From an uncultured beta proteobacterium (lineage in GTDB: Bacteria > Pseudomonadota > Gammaproteobacteria > Burkholderiales > Burkholderiaceae_C), in NCBI GenBank assembly GCA_963784775.1, contig CAWAST010000010.1, positions 81,875-145,874 of the forward strand: a stretch of DNA of 64,000 nt, read 5' to 3'. The position numbers were made by a program, and so were the translations under genes. The notes under the pieces are model-generated. The model saw only the letters and a program-made list of their open reading frames with translations, had not been told where the DNA came from and ran no database searches. Shown here piece after piece: positions 54,120 through 64,000 of the stretch; positions within the stretch are counted from its first letter, which is position 1; every line of letters begins with the position of its first letter.

Positions 54120-55065
54120 CGGCCAGCACCCGGATGTGCGCCTCAACACAGCGCCCCAGCGCGCTCAGGGTGTAGCCGCCTTCCAGGCAGGACACAATGC
54201 GCCCCTTGGCGTGACGCCGCGCCACATCCTTGATCCGCTCGGTGAGCCAGACGAAATCCTGCTCGACCAGACCCATCTGCCCCAGATCATCCTCGCGATG
54301 GGCGTCAAATCCGGCGCTGATGAAGATCATCTCGGGCATGAATGCCTCCAGACGCGGCATCCAGTGGGTTTCGACCAGTTCGCGCACTTCCATGCCCTTG
54401 GTATAAGCTGGAACTGGCACGTTAACCAGGTTGTCGGCGCTCGAAAGTGGCCAGTCCATGGGATAAAAAGGGTGCTGAAAAAAGCTCACCATGAGAATGC
54501 GCTTGTCACCGGCAATGATGTCCTCCGTGCCATTGCCATGGTGCACATCAAAGTCGACGATGGCCACTCGCTTAAGGCCGTGACGCTCCAGCGCGTACTT
54601 GGCGGCAATGGCCACGTTGTTAAAAAAACAAAAACCCATGGCCTTGTCGCGACACGCGTGGTGCCCGGGCGGACGCACGGCGCAAAAGGCGTTCTCCATT
54701 TCACCGGCCACCACCGCGTCGGTGGCTCCCAGTGCGGCACCCGCCGCGTACAGGGCAGCCTCCCAGGTATGGACGTTGATGGAGGTGTCCGGGTCAACCT
54801 GGGCGTGGGTTGGGCCGCCAGCGCTAATTTCCTCGCGCAGCACATCGCTCAAGCCCCGCAGAGAAGCCACATGCATGCGTCCATGCGCCAGCTCAATGTC
54901 CACCAGGGAAGCGGGCTGGACGTCGCGCCGGTCCAGCGCCACACTCAGCCCCGAAGCCAGCAACCGGTCTTCAATGGCATCGAGTCGCTCCGGGCATTCC
55001 GGATGACCGGGCCCCATTTCATGCTTCCAGCATTGGCTGTGTGTAAAGTATCCGGTCATTGTCAC
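54112..55065 (-). CDS. histone deacetylase-like (arginase/deacetylase superfamily) protein
   Basis: 317 aa; [16 protein letters not shown]. Stop overlaps the mscS-like ATG (ATGTCTGA). Confidence 0.82.
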   Translation of the reverse strand: MTMTGYFTHSQCWKHEMGPGHPECPERLDAIEDRLLASGLSVALDRRDVQPASLVDIELAHGRMHVASLRGLSDVLREEISAGGPTHAQVDPDTSINVHTWEAALYAAGAALGATDAVVAGEMENAFCAVRPPGHHACRDKAMGFCFFNNVAIAAKYALERHGLKRVAIVDFDVHHGNGTEDIIAGDKRILMVSFFQHPFYPMDWPLSSADNLVNVPVPAYTKGMEVRELVETHWMPRLEAFMPEMIFISAGFDAHREDDLGQMGLVEQDFVWLTERIKDVARRHAKGRIVSCLEGGYTLSALGRCVEAHIRVLADV

Positions 55066-55107
55066 AGTGCTGCTCCTCAGTCAAATCGTTTTTGTTAAGG
55101 TCGTGCC

Positions 55108-56028
55108 ATGAATGCACAAATCAAACTGAAATTACTCCTCGATCAGCTTAACACGGTGATCGCAGGCAAGCCGGTCCAAACCCGGAACTGCGTGGCCTGC
55201 CTGCTCGCGGGCGGCCACCTCCTGATTGAAGACCTGCCCGGCGTTGGAAAGACCACGCTGGCGCATGCGCTGGCCCGCACGTTTGGGCTCCAATTCTCGC
55301 GCGTTCAATTTACCGCCGACCTGATGCCCAGCGACCTCACCGGTGTCTCCGTCTATGAGCGTGACAAGGCCGGCTTTGTGTTTCATCGGGGACCCCTGTT
55401 TGCTCAGGTTCTGCTGGCAGACGAGATCAACCGCGCCAGTCCCCGCACCCAAAGCGCACTGCTCGAAGCGATGGAAGAAAAGCAGGTCACCGTCGACGGT
55501 GAAACCCGCGCCCTACCCACGCCATTCTTTGTCATAGCCACCCAAAATGCGCATGACCAGCTCGGCACCTACGCGCTGCCCGAATCCCAGCTCGACCGTT
55601 TTCTCATGCGTCTGTCGCTGGGCTACCCGGACCGGGGTGCCGAGCGAGAACTGCTGGCCGGCCATGACCGGCGCGAAATGATCAATGCCCTGCCCAGTCT
55701 GCTGGACGCCGGGGAATTGGCACAGTTGCAGCAGCAGGTCCTGGCCGTCCACGCGGCGGCGCCCCTGCTGGACTATGTGCAGGACCTCATTGCCGCCACC
55801 CGCTCGGGCCGCTGGTTTGTGCAGGGCCTGAGCCCACGCGCCGGGATAGCCGTCCTGCGCGCGGCCAAGGCACAGGCGCTGCTGGGCGGACGCGACTATG
55901 TGGCGCCCGACGACGTGCAGGCCATCCTGCCGCAAACCATTGCCCACCGCCTGGTGCCCATCAGTGATGCCAACCGTGGCCCCATCGAGCAGGTCCGCGC
56001 CATGATGGAGGCGGTGGCGCTGCCCTGA
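55108..56028 (+). CDS. MoxR-like AAA+ ATPase
   Basis: 306 aa; LIEDLPGVGKTTLA, LLADEINRASPRTQSALLEAMEE. Confidence 0.88.
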   Translation: MNAQIKLKLLLDQLNTVIAGKPVQTRNCVACLLAGGHLLIEDLPGVGKTTLAHALARTFGLQFSRVQFTADLMPSDLTGVSVYERDKAGFVFHRGPLFAQVLLADEINRASPRTQSALLEAMEEKQVTVDGETRALPTPFFVIATQNAHDQLGTYALPESQLDRFLMRLSLGYPDRGAERELLAGHDRREMINALPSLLDAGELAQLQQQVLAVHAAAPLLDYVQDLIAATRSGRWFVQGLSPRAGIAVLRAAKAQALLGGRDYVAPDDVQAILPQTIAHRLVPISDANRGPIEQVRAMMEAVALP

Positions 56029-56038
56029 ACTGCTCACC

Positions 56039-57040
56039 ATGCCCAAGGCACAGATCCCTCAAACCGCGCTGCCCAACGCGTTCGTGCATCCGGTGCGGCA
56101 TATCAAGGCACGCTTTGCACATTGGTGGCAAACCCGGCTACCGCTGAGTGACCACGTCACCCTGACCCAGCGCAACGTCTATATTTTGCCCACCGGTGCG
56201 GGCTTCATGCTGGGCGCGACGATCCTGGTGCTGCTGGTGGCGGCCATCAACTATCAACTCAATCTGGGCTATCTGCTGACCTTTCTGCTGGCTGGAACCG
56301 CTTTGATCGGCATGTTTGTATGCCACAGCACGCTTCGCGCCGCCACTATGAATATCGAAGCGCCTGATGCTGTATTCACGGGGGCTAGCGCCAGATTTGC
56401 CATAAATATTCAAAACCTGAAGCGGAGCCCTCGGTACGGCATCGGGATCTCGGTGCTGGGCTCGTCGGACTGGGCTTGGACCGACGTGCCGGCCCAAGGC
56501 AGCGCCACCGTGCACCTGGCGTTTGTCCCGCCACACCGTGGCTTGCACCGCGTTCCGGCACTCACGGCTGAAACCCGATACCCGCTGGGTACGTTCAGGG
56601 TCTGGACGGTGTGGCGCCCCGCCGTCCAGGTCATGGTCTATCCAGCGCCTGAGCCGTGTTCACCGCCGCTGCCACCCGGCGAGCCACGCTCCGGCCACGC
56701 CGGGAGTTCCGCACAGCATTCCATGGGCGAGGAATTCGATGGCGTGCGCGCCTACCGCCGGGGCGATCCGCGCAAGCTGATCGTGTGGAAGAAAGCGGCC
56801 CACTCCGACGAACTGGTGAGCCGCGATGCCGTACGTGTGCAGCGCCGGGAGCTGTGGCTGGACCGCGACCACAGCGGCGCTCGCGACCCCGAGCAACAAA
56901 TCTCGCGCCTGTGCGCCTGGGTACTGCAAGCTGAAAAAATGGGGCTCGACTATGGGCTGCGTCTAGGGAGTCTGCAGATTGCGCCCGCCTGCGGCCCGGC
57001 GCACCAAAGGCACTGTCTGGAGGCTCTGGCTTTATGTTGA
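56039..57040 (+). CDS. DUF58 domain protein (MoxR partner)
   Basis: 333 aa; two N-terminal TM helices, ...EFDGVRAYRRGDPRKLIVWK. Confidence 0.8.
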   Translation: MPKAQIPQTALPNAFVHPVRHIKARFAHWWQTRLPLSDHVTLTQRNVYILPTGAGFMLGATILVLLVAAINYQLNLGYLLTFLLAGTALIGMFVCHSTLRAATMNIEAPDAVFTGASARFAINIQNLKRSPRYGIGISVLGSSDWAWTDVPAQGSATVHLAFVPPHRGLHRVPALTAETRYPLGTFRVWTVWRPAVQVMVYPAPEPCSPPLPPGEPRSGHAGSSAQHSMGEEFDGVRAYRRGDPRKLIVWKKAAHSDELVSRDAVRVQRRELWLDRDHSGARDPEQQISRLCAWVLQAEKMGLDYGLRLGSLQIAPACGPAHQRHCLEALALC

Positions 57041-57146
57041 CCCTACCACTCGGCACTGGCTACCGCGGCAAGCCCGTGGCTCAACCTGGATTGGGCACGG
57101 CAATCCCCATAGCGCCCCGGGACCACGCCCCTGGAGGAAGATTCGC

Positions 57147-59159
57147 ATGCTAGCGGCTCTCAGGAAACTCCCGCGCGAAAGCCGTGACACCCTGTTCGTG
57201 CTGGTGGTCATCGCCTGGGTGGTGCTGCCGCAAGTGGGCCATTTACCCCTGTGGTGCAGTGCGCTCACCGGCGCGGTGTTGCTGTGGCGCGGATGGCTTG
57301 CCGCCACGGCGGGAAAGATGCCCTCCCGCTGGTGGGTGCTGTCCCTGCTGCTGCTGGCCGTGGCGGCCACGGTGTTCACCCACAAGACACTGCTGGGGCG
57401 CGACGCCGGCGTGACCCTGATCGTGGTGCTGCTGGCGCTCAAAACCCTGGAATTGCGGGCCCGGCGGGACGCTTTCGTGGTGTTCTTCCTCAGCTTCTTC
57501 ACGATGCTGACCAACTTCTTCTTTTCCCAGTCGTTGCTGACCGCAGCGGCCATGCTGGTGGCCTTGCTGGGTCTGCTCACTGCGCTGGTCAACGCCCACA
57601 TGCCGGTGGGGAAGCCACCCTTGTGGCAGGCGGCAAGAACGGCCGGTCTGATGGCGCTGCTGGGCGCGCCCGTCATGATCGTGCTGTTTGTGCTTTTTCC
57701 CCGCATGGCCCCGCTGTGGGGCGTGCCCGCCGATGCCATGAGCGGGCGCAGCGGCTTATCTAACACCATGGAGGTCGGCAACATCGCCAGTTTGGCCCTG
57801 GACGAGAGCATCGCCATGAGGGTGCGCTTTGACGGCGCGACGCCACCGCGCTCCGAGTTGTATTTTCGTGGCCCGGTGCTCTCCAGTTTTGATGGGCGCA
57901 GTTGGCAAATTCTGCGCTCACGCCTGCCCGCGCGCCTGCAACCCACGGGCAACCTGCAGGTGGCGGGCCCTGCCATTCGGTATCGGGTCACGCTCGAAGC
58001 CAGCCAGAAACCCTGGCTGATGACGCTGGACGCCACGGCAACGGCGCCCACAGTGCCGGGTTTCGAGACCCGAATGTCGCCTGATCTGCAATGGCTGCTG
58101 GATCGTCCCATCACCGATCTTCTTCGCTACGACGCAAGCAGTCATACCGATTTCCGGCACGGTCCCCTCGCCTATGTCGCGGGCCTGCAGGAGTACCTGG
58201 ATCTGCCCGCGGGCTCGAACCCGCGCACGCTGCAATGGGCCCGCCAGTTGCAACAGGACCCAGGCCACGGCGGCGCGGGGGGCCAGCAGTGGGTCGATGT
58301 CGTGCTGGCACAGCTTCGCACCGGTGGCTACAGCTACACCCTGGAGCCCGGTGTGTTCGGGCGCCACAGCGCCGACGAGTTCTGGTTTGATCGCAAGCAG
58401 GGATTTTGCGAACACATCGCCTCGAGCTTTGTCATCGTCATGCGCGCCCTGGGTGTGCCCGCGCGCATCATCACCGGCTACCAGGGCGGGGAAGCCAACG
58501 CCCTGGACGGTCATTGGGTGGTGCGTCAGAGCGATGCCCACGCCTGGACCGAAGTCTGGCTGGCTGAACGAGGCTGGGTGCGGGTGGACCCCACCGCCGC
58601 GGTGGCGCCCTCGCGCGTGGGCAGTTTGCAGCGTCTGCAGGCACCTCGCGGGGCGCTGGCCACGGCGCTTTTGGGTACGGTGAGTCCGCAGTTTGCGATC
58701 AATGTGCGCGCCCTGTGGGACGCCGTCAACAACCGCTGGAACCAGTCGATACTCAATTACACGCAGGGCAAGCAACTCGATTTGCTGCGCAATATGGGCT
58801 TTGACTCGCCCAACTGGGAGGACCTGATCTACCTGCTGCTGGTCATTGTGGTGCTGGCCAGCCTAACCGGCGCCCTGTGGAGTTGGTGGGAGCGGGTTCA
58901 CCGCGACCCCTGGTTGCGATTGCTCGCCCGCGCAACCCGGCGTCTGCAACGCGCTGGAATCGAGGTCCCACCGAATAGCCCGCCACGGCGGATCGCCGAG
59001 CAGTTGTCCAGGACAAATCAGCTCGCAGTTGCCACGGTACAACCAATGCGTGAGTGGCTGCTGCGCCTGGAGGTGCAGCGCTATGCCGCAGGCGGTGGAC
59101 ACCGCTTCAGTCTCGTTACACTGCAACGCGAGCTCAACCAACTGCCCTGGCCCAAGTGA
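57147..59159 (+). CDS. tgpA: transglutaminase TgpA-family membrane protein
   Basis: ATG 57147 after GGAGGA (ORF 56979..59159). N-terminal polytopic domain, transglutaminase core QGFCEHIASSF...DAHAW.EVW. Confidence 0.8.
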   Translation: MLAALRKLPRESRDTLFVLVVIAWVVLPQVGHLPLWCSALTGAVLLWRGWLAATAGKMPSRWWVLSLLLLAVAATVFTHKTLLGRDAGVTLIVVLLALKTLELRARRDAFVVFFLSFFTMLTNFFFSQSLLTAAAMLVALLGLLTALVNAHMPVGKPPLWQAARTAGLMALLGAPVMIVLFVLFPRMAPLWGVPADAMSGRSGLSNTMEVGNIASLALDESIAMRVRFDGATPPRSELYFRGPVLSSFDGRSWQILRSRLPARLQPTGNLQVAGPAIRYRVTLEASQKPWLMTLDATATAPTVPGFETRMSPDLQWLLDRPITDLLRYDASSHTDFRHGPLAYVAGLQEYLDLPAGSNPRTLQWARQLQQDPGHGGAGGQQWVDVVLAQLRTGGYSYTLEPGVFGRHSADEFWFDRKQGFCEHIASSFVIVMRALGVPARIITGYQGGEANALDGHWVVRQSDAHAWTEVWLAERGWVRVDPTAAVAPSRVGSLQRLQAPRGALATALLGTVSPQFAINVRALWDAVNNRWNQSILNYTQGKQLDLLRNMGFDSPNWEDLIYLLLVIVVLASLTGALWSWWERVHRDPWLRLLARATRRLQRAGIEVPPNSPPRRIAEQLSRTNQLAVATVQPMREWLLRLEVQRYAAGGGHRFSLVTLQRELNQLPWPK

Positions 59160-60247
59160 TTTTCAAGCTTTTCAAATTCGCTATCATTTTAATAGCTACA
59201 TGTGCTTTTTCCACTGGGGCTTATGCCAAAAAAAGCTCGAAGAAAAGGCCTTCTGGCACGCGTCTGACGCAACGCTGGGTCCAGGCTGGGCCGGCCTATG
59301 CCGAACGCGAAGACGCGATGCGACTGGCCGACGACATCGCTCTGCGACGCGATCTTCCCCAGGACTGGGTCCGCCAAGTCATCGGGCAGGCCAGTTTTTC
59401 CCCACAGTCCGTGCGGTTCATGCAACCGGCGCCAAAGGGCACACCCAAGAACTGGCGGGTGTACCGCAGCCGCTTTATTGACCGTTTTCGCCTTCAGGCC
59501 GGGCTGCAATTCTGGCGGGACAACCGCGAAGTTCTGGCGCGCGCCGAGCAGGAAACCGGCGTTCCGGCCCAGATCATTGTGGGCATCATTGGTGTGGAGA
59601 CCATTTACGGCCAGCAAATGGGCAACTTTTCAGTGCTCGATGCGCTGACCACGCTGGCCCTGGATTTTCCGGCCGATCATCCGCGTGCGGCCGATCGCAG
59701 TGCGTATTTCAGGTCCGAACTCGAACAGTACCTGAGTCTGGTGCACCGCGCGGATCTGGAGCCCGGGTCGTTGCGCGGCAGTTACGCCGGGGCCATGGGC
59801 ATGGCGCAGTTCATGCCCTCAAGCTGGGTCAAGTACGCGGTGGATTTTGACGGCGACGGCAAAATCGATCTGTTCAACAGCGCCGCCGACGTGATCGGCT
59901 CGGTGGCCAACTACTTTGTTGCCTTCGGCTGGCAAAGCGGGTTGCCCACGCACTACCCGGTCCACTTTGATGTGCAGTTGCTCGATCTTCCGACCCTGCT
60001 CGCGCCGGACATCGTGCCGACCTTCAACGTGGACAGCTTCTTGGCCAATGGCGCCATTGTGGTGGGTTCGGCCTTGCAACACCCCGGCCTGCTGGCACTG
60101 GTCGAGTTGCAAAACGGTAATGCACCGCCCAGCTACGTGGCGGGAACCCAAAACTTCTTTGTGATCACACGCTACAACTGGAGCAGCTATTACGCACTGG
60201 CAGTGATTGAACTCGGGGAAGAAGTGAGCCGGGCCATGGCACCGTAG
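59156..60247 (+). CDS. mltB: lytic murein transglycosylase B
   Basis: In-frame GTG 59156 overlapping the tgpA stop (GTGA) gives signal peptide (V)IFKLFKFAIILIATCAFSTGAYA. ...GIIGVETIYG, GAMGMAQFMPSSW. Codons 9-24 are a dispersed repeat copy. Confidence 0.78.
   Translation: MIFKLFKFAIILIATCAFSTGAYAKKSSKKRPSGTRLTQRWVQAGPAYAEREDAMRLADDIALRRDLPQDWVRQVIGQASFSPQSVRFMQPAPKGTPKNWRVYRSRFIDRFRLQAGLQFWRDNREVLARAEQETGVPAQIIVGIIGVETIYGQQMGNFSVLDALTTLALDFPADHPRAADRSAYFRSELEQYLSLVHRADLEPGSLRGSYAGAMGMAQFMPSSWVKYAVDFDGDGKIDLFNSAADVIGSVANYFVAFGWQSGLPTHYPVHFDVQLLDLPTLLAPDIVPTFNVDSFLANGAIVVGSALQHPGLLALVELQNGNAPPSYVAGTQNFFVITRYNWSSYYALAVIELGEEVSRAMAP
59180..59227 (+). repeat. dispersed ~48-nt repeat, copy 6 (forms the mltB signal-peptide coding region)
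   Basis: GCTATCATTTTAATAGCTACATGTGCTTTTTCCACTGGGGCTTATGCC; perfect GCTAT-N7-ATAGC hairpin; 20 nt after the tgpA stop. Confidence 0.7.
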
Positions 60248-60285
60248 TCCACAGCCCCGGCTTCTTGCCGACCAGAAAAAGCGGG

Positions 60286-61245
60286 TCAGCCTGCCGAGGG
60301 CATCAGGAAGTCGCTGCCGATGCGGTTGCCCAGGTCATTGACGCGGTCCAGAAACTGCGTCAAGTAGGCATGCAAGCCCGTGGCCAGGATCTCGTCAATG
60401 CGGCCGTACTTAAGTTCAGCGCGCAATTTGCCAGCCTGGCGCTGGGTCTCAGTCGACTGGTCGTTGGCCACCATCATCAGGTTGTTCACCACCTCGTTCA
60501 AGCTGGCGTGCAGTGAACGTGGCATGTCGGGTCGCAAAATCAGCAGTTCGGCGACACGCTCGGGTTTGATGACATCACGGTACACCTTGCGGTACACCTC
60601 AAAACCCGAAACACTGCGCAGAATGCCGCTCCAGTGGTAGAACTCGTGCTCCTGAATCCTCAGGTTGTCGGTGCCAAAAAAGTCGTCCTTGACCGCATGA
60701 AACTTCACATCGACCAGACGTGCGGTGTTATCGGCGCGCTCCAGAAAAGTGCCCATGCGCAGGAAGTGGAAGGTCTCGTCCATCAGCATGGTTCCGATGG
60801 TCACGCCGCGCGACAAGTGCGAGCGGTCCTTGACCCATTCGAAGAATTGACCAGGGTCCTGTTCAAACTCTCCGTCTCGCAGCTTACGCTTGACTTCAAG
60901 CCAGGTCTGGTTGAGCGTCTCCCAGACCTCCGTGGTGAGCGAACCCCGCACGGCCCGGGCGTTCTCGCGGGCCGCACTCAAACAGGAAATGATGCTCGAC
61001 GGGTTGGATTTTTCCTTCACCATGAAGTCCATAACATGCTCGGCATCAATTTTGTTGTGCAGCTTGGTGTAAGCGGGCAGCAGTTCGCTGATGGAAAGCA
61101 GGCCTTCCCAACCCTGCTGCGCGGCTTGCGAAGTGCGCGGCATCAACGAGGTTTCATAGTTCACGTTGAGCATGCGGGCGGTATTTTCGGCCCGCTCGAT
61201 ATAGCGGGACATCCAGAAAAGGTGATCGGCGGTTCTTGACAGCAT
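60286..61245 (-). CDS. alpha-E domain protein (DUF403/COG2307)
   Basis: ORF 60286..61344 trimmed to ATG 61245 (MLSRTADHLFWMSRYIERAENTARML) with GGGAG SD. Confidence 0.82.
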   Translation of the reverse strand: MLSRTADHLFWMSRYIERAENTARMLNVNYETSLMPRTSQAAQQGWEGLLSISELLPAYTKLHNKIDAEHVMDFMVKEKSNPSSIISCLSAARENARAVRGSLTTEVWETLNQTWLEVKRKLRDGEFEQDPGQFFEWVKDRSHLSRGVTIGTMLMDETFHFLRMGTFLERADNTARLVDVKFHAVKDDFFGTDNLRIQEHEFYHWSGILRSVSGFEVYRKVYRDVIKPERVAELLILRPDMPRSLHASLNEVVNNLMMVANDQSTETQRQAGKLRAELKYGRIDEILATGLHAYLTQFLDRVNDLGNRIGSDFLMPSAG

Positions 61246-61262
61246 TGAGTGGCTCCCTTCGC

Positions 61263-62783
61263 TCAAGTTGATTGAGATTGTGTTTGTACGGTCGCCTTCG
61301 GAGGCGTTTGTGGAACAGGCGGTTTGTCGCTCTCGAGGATCCACGTGTCCTTGGTGCCGCCGCCTTGCGACGAATTGACCACCAATGACCCCTCCTTCAG
61401 GGCCACGCGGGTCAGACCACCGGGCACCATCTGGATCTTCTTGCCGCTGAGCACGAAGGGACGCAGATCGATGTGGCGCGGCGCGATGCCACTCTCCACA
61501 AAGGTGGGACAGCTCGACAGGCTGAGCGTGGGCTGCGAGATGTAGCCGTTCGGGTTGGCCACCAGCGCCTTGCGGAAGTCTTCAATTTCCGCCTTGGTGG
61601 ATGCGGGCCCGACCAACATGCCGTAGCCACCGGCGCCGTGGACTTCCTTGACCACCAGGTCTTTCAGGTTCGCCAGCGTATAGGCCAGGTCATCCTTGTC
61701 ACGGCACATGTAGGTGGGCACGTTGTTGAGGATAGGTTTTTCGCCCAGATAAAAATCAATCATCTTGGGCACATAAGGGTAGATTGATTTGTCGTCAGCA
61801 ACGCCAGTGCCCACGGCGTTGCAGATGGTCACGTGACCGGCCCGGTACACGTCCATCAAGCCCGGGCAGCCCAGCGTTGAATTGGAACGGAACACCTTGG
61901 GATCGAGAAAATCATCGTCCAGACGGCGGTTGATCACATCCACACGCTTGGGTCCGCGGGTGGTGCGCATGTACAGGAAGTTGTCCTTGACAAACAAATC
62001 CTGACCCTCGACCAACTCAACACCCATCTGCTGCGCCAAAAAGGCGTGCTCGAAATAGGCGCTGTTGTGCATGCCGGGGGTGAGCACCACGACCGTCGGC
62101 TCGGCTGTGGTGGCTGGGCTGCACGAGCGCAGCGTGTCCAACAGCAAGTCAGGGTAATGCGCTACGGGCGCCACGCGGTGCGAGCTGAACAGCCCCGGAA
62201 AGAGCCGCATCATCATCTTGCGGTTTTCCAGCATGTAGCTTACGCCACTGGGCACGCGCAGGTTGTCTTCGAGCACGTAGTACTCGCCCTCGCCTTTGGC
62301 GTTGGCGGCACGCACCATGTCGATGCCGGAAATGTGCGAATAAACGTTGTTGACCACCTCCAGACCCACCATTTCGGGCCGGAACTGGGCGTTGTTCTCG
62401 ATCTGCTCACGCGGGACCACCCCCGCTTTGATGATCTCCTGGTCGTGGTACACGTCGTGGATGAAGCGGTTCAACGCCGTGACACGCTGCGCCAGACCAC
62501 GCTCCATACTGGCCCACTCATGCGCCGGGATGATGCGTGGAATCAGATCAAACGGAATCAACCGTTCGTTGCCAACGCCTTCTTCGTCTTTGTCACCGTA
62601 CACCGCAAAGGTGATACCGACCCGGCGAAAAATGATCTCCGCCTCTTGGCGGCGCTTGGCCATGGTATCGCCGGGCTGGCGCGCCAGCCACTCGTCATAT
62701 ACCTTGTAATGATCCCGAATCTGCTCGCCCTTGCTAAAGAACTCGTAGGGCAACTGGGTGTACATCTCATCAAATTTTTGCAT
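61263..62783 (-). CDS. circularly permuted type-2 ATP-grasp protein (COG2308)
   Basis: 506 aa; ...RRVGITFAVYGD..., VVKEVHGAGGYGMLVGP. Confidence 0.85.
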   Translation of the reverse strand: MQKFDEMYTQLPYEFFSKGEQIRDHYKVYDEWLARQPGDTMAKRRQEAEIIFRRVGITFAVYGDKDEEGVGNERLIPFDLIPRIIPAHEWASMERGLAQRVTALNRFIHDVYHDQEIIKAGVVPREQIENNAQFRPEMVGLEVVNNVYSHISGIDMVRAANAKGEGEYYVLEDNLRVPSGVSYMLENRKMMMRLFPGLFSSHRVAPVAHYPDLLLDTLRSCSPATTAEPTVVVLTPGMHNSAYFEHAFLAQQMGVELVEGQDLFVKDNFLYMRTTRGPKRVDVINRRLDDDFLDPKVFRSNSTLGCPGLMDVYRAGHVTICNAVGTGVADDKSIYPYVPKMIDFYLGEKPILNNVPTYMCRDKDDLAYTLANLKDLVVKEVHGAGGYGMLVGPASTKAEIEDFRKALVANPNGYISQPTLSLSSCPTFVESGIAPRHIDLRPFVLSGKKIQMVPGGLTRVALKEGSLVVNSSQGGGTKDTWILESDKPPVPQTPPKATVQTQSQST

Positions 62784-62846
62784 ATCAACCCTTTCTATAG
62801 TCTCTAGGGTAGCAATCTTCGCGCCAACTTGAAACCGTGTTTTCCC

Positions 62847-64000
62847 TTAGTCCAGACGGTGATGCCAGTAGCGCCGGGCATAGACACGCTGGCAATCAAC
62901 CTCAGACGGGTACTCCGATCGCCACGACGCTGCACCACAATGGGGCGAATCAATGACCCTGGCGTTCCGCGCCTGGTACCGCTCCACAACGGGGAGCGCC
63001 GGATGACCGAATCGATTTCGGTACCCGGCTTGCACCAAGGCAAAGCGCGGTTGCACCAAATCCAGAAAAACGTCGCTGCTTGAACTCTTGCTGCCATGGT
63101 GGGGAACAACAATCACATCGGACTTGATTGTGGCCCCAGTGGCAACCAGCCGCGCCTCCTGGGCACGCTCAATGTCACCGGTCAAAAGCGCTGCCTGCTG
63201 GCCATTGGACACGCGCAAGGTGCAACTCATGGCATTGGAGGCTTGAGTTTGCTCATAGTCAGCGGGTTGCGGCTGAAGAACCTCAAAATCCACACCCTCC
63301 CAGTGCCAGTGCTGCCCGGCAAAGCAGCGCCGCATGACCAACCCGCGCTGCCGCCCATATTGCGCGTCAAATGACGCGAGCACCTGCGCCTGGGGTTGCA
63401 TCGCCAGCACCGCCCCGGCACCACCCACGTGATCGCTGTCGCGGTGACTGAGCATCAGCACATCGATTCGAGTGCCCAGTGCGTGCAGCACAGGCACCAG
63501 CACCCGCTCACCGGCGTCGCTGTCACGGCTGTAGCGGGGACCGGCGTCAAACACCAGCGCGTGGCCCGCCGTGCGCACCAAAACGGCACTGCCCTGCCCC
63601 ACATCCAGTGCCAGCAATTCAAACTGTCCGGGCGGGGGAAGTGGTGCCTGCCAAAGAAACACCGGCAGCAACAAAGGCAGCCCCAGCAGGCGCACGCTCC
63701 AGGGCAGGCGCAGCGCCAGCAACAAGCCGCCCAACACACCTACAACTCCCGCCCAAAGCGGGGATTGCGCCATGGAAAGGCTTGAAAAAGGCAGTTCGGA
63801 CAGGTTTTGCAAGTACCACACCAGAGCCGCAATGGCGGCGGCCGCGCCATCCCATAGCGGCGCAAACATCGAACCCAACATGGCCAGCGGTGTCACAACC
63901 AGAGTGACCCAGGGAATGGCCAGGGCATTGGCCGCCAAACCAACCAGTGAGACCTGCCCAAACAGCAACAGGGTCAACGGCGTCAAGGCCAAGGTGACGA
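62847..64000 (-). CDS. comEC: DNA internalisation-related competence protein ComEC/Rec2, C-terminal part (gene continues past the right edge)
   Basis: TM region followed by MBL domain LDVGQGSAVLV...MLSHRDSDHVGG...VVPHHGSKSS. Confidence 0.8.
   Translation of the reverse strand, partial: VTLALTPLTLLLFGQVSLVGLAANALAIPWVTLVVTPLAMLGSMFAPLWDGAAAAIAALVWYLQNLSELPFSSLSMAQSPLWAGVVGVLGGLLLALRLPWSVRLLGLPLLLPVFLWQAPLPPPGQFELLALDVGQGSAVLVRTAGHALVFDAGPRYSRDSDAGERVLVPVLHALGTRIDVLMLSHRDSDHVGGAGAVLAMQPQAQVLASFDAQYGRQRGLVMRRCFAGQHWHWEGVDFEVLQPQPADYEQTQASNAMSCTLRVSNGQQAALLTGDIERAQEARLVATGATIKSDVIVVPHHGSKSSSSDVFLDLVQPRFALVQAGYRNRFGHPALPVVERYQARNARVIDSPHCGAASWRSEYPSEVDCQRVYARRYWHHRLD

Overview
High-GC betaproteobacterial chromosome, probably Burkholderiales/Comamonadaceae (inferred from protein signatures and the pyrG-kdsA-eno-ftsB order; not verified by search). 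About 60 genes, mostly housekeeping: parE (partial), slyD, dut, coaBC, pyrG-kdsA-eno-ftsB, hslO, xerD, queG, tsaE-amiC, a dppBCDF-A-type ABC operon, the histidine-utilisation locus (hutF-G-I-D-C / hutU-H), phoD, grpE-dnaK-dnaJ with sigma32-like promoters, etfBA plus an acyl-CoA dehydrogenase, moxR-DUF58-tgpA, mltB, an ATP-grasp/alpha-E pair and comEC (partial). Two things stand out. (1) A small chromosomal integron at 27.16-28.93 kb sits between the dpp terminator and an MFS gene. It has an integron integrase that looks inactivated by a -1 frameshift, a LexA box between divergent promoter candidates, an attI with two direct repeats, a Shine-Dalgarno-led 20-codon leader ORF stopping inside the GTTAGGC crossover core, one PNPOx-like cassette, and a 129-bp attC with canonical box architecture. 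(2) A dispersed ~46-52 nt repeat family has at least 7 copies. They mostly lie just after stop codons, and three are read in the same element frame as parts of real proteins (CoaBC tail, HutD, MltB signal peptide). The hut locus also has three lesions: a +1 frameshift in hutU, a 78-nt in-frame palindromic insertion in hutH, and a repeat copy inside hutD. No rRNA, tRNA or CRISPR array was seen. All frameshift calls could be sequencing errors and need read-level confirmation. No database searches were run.
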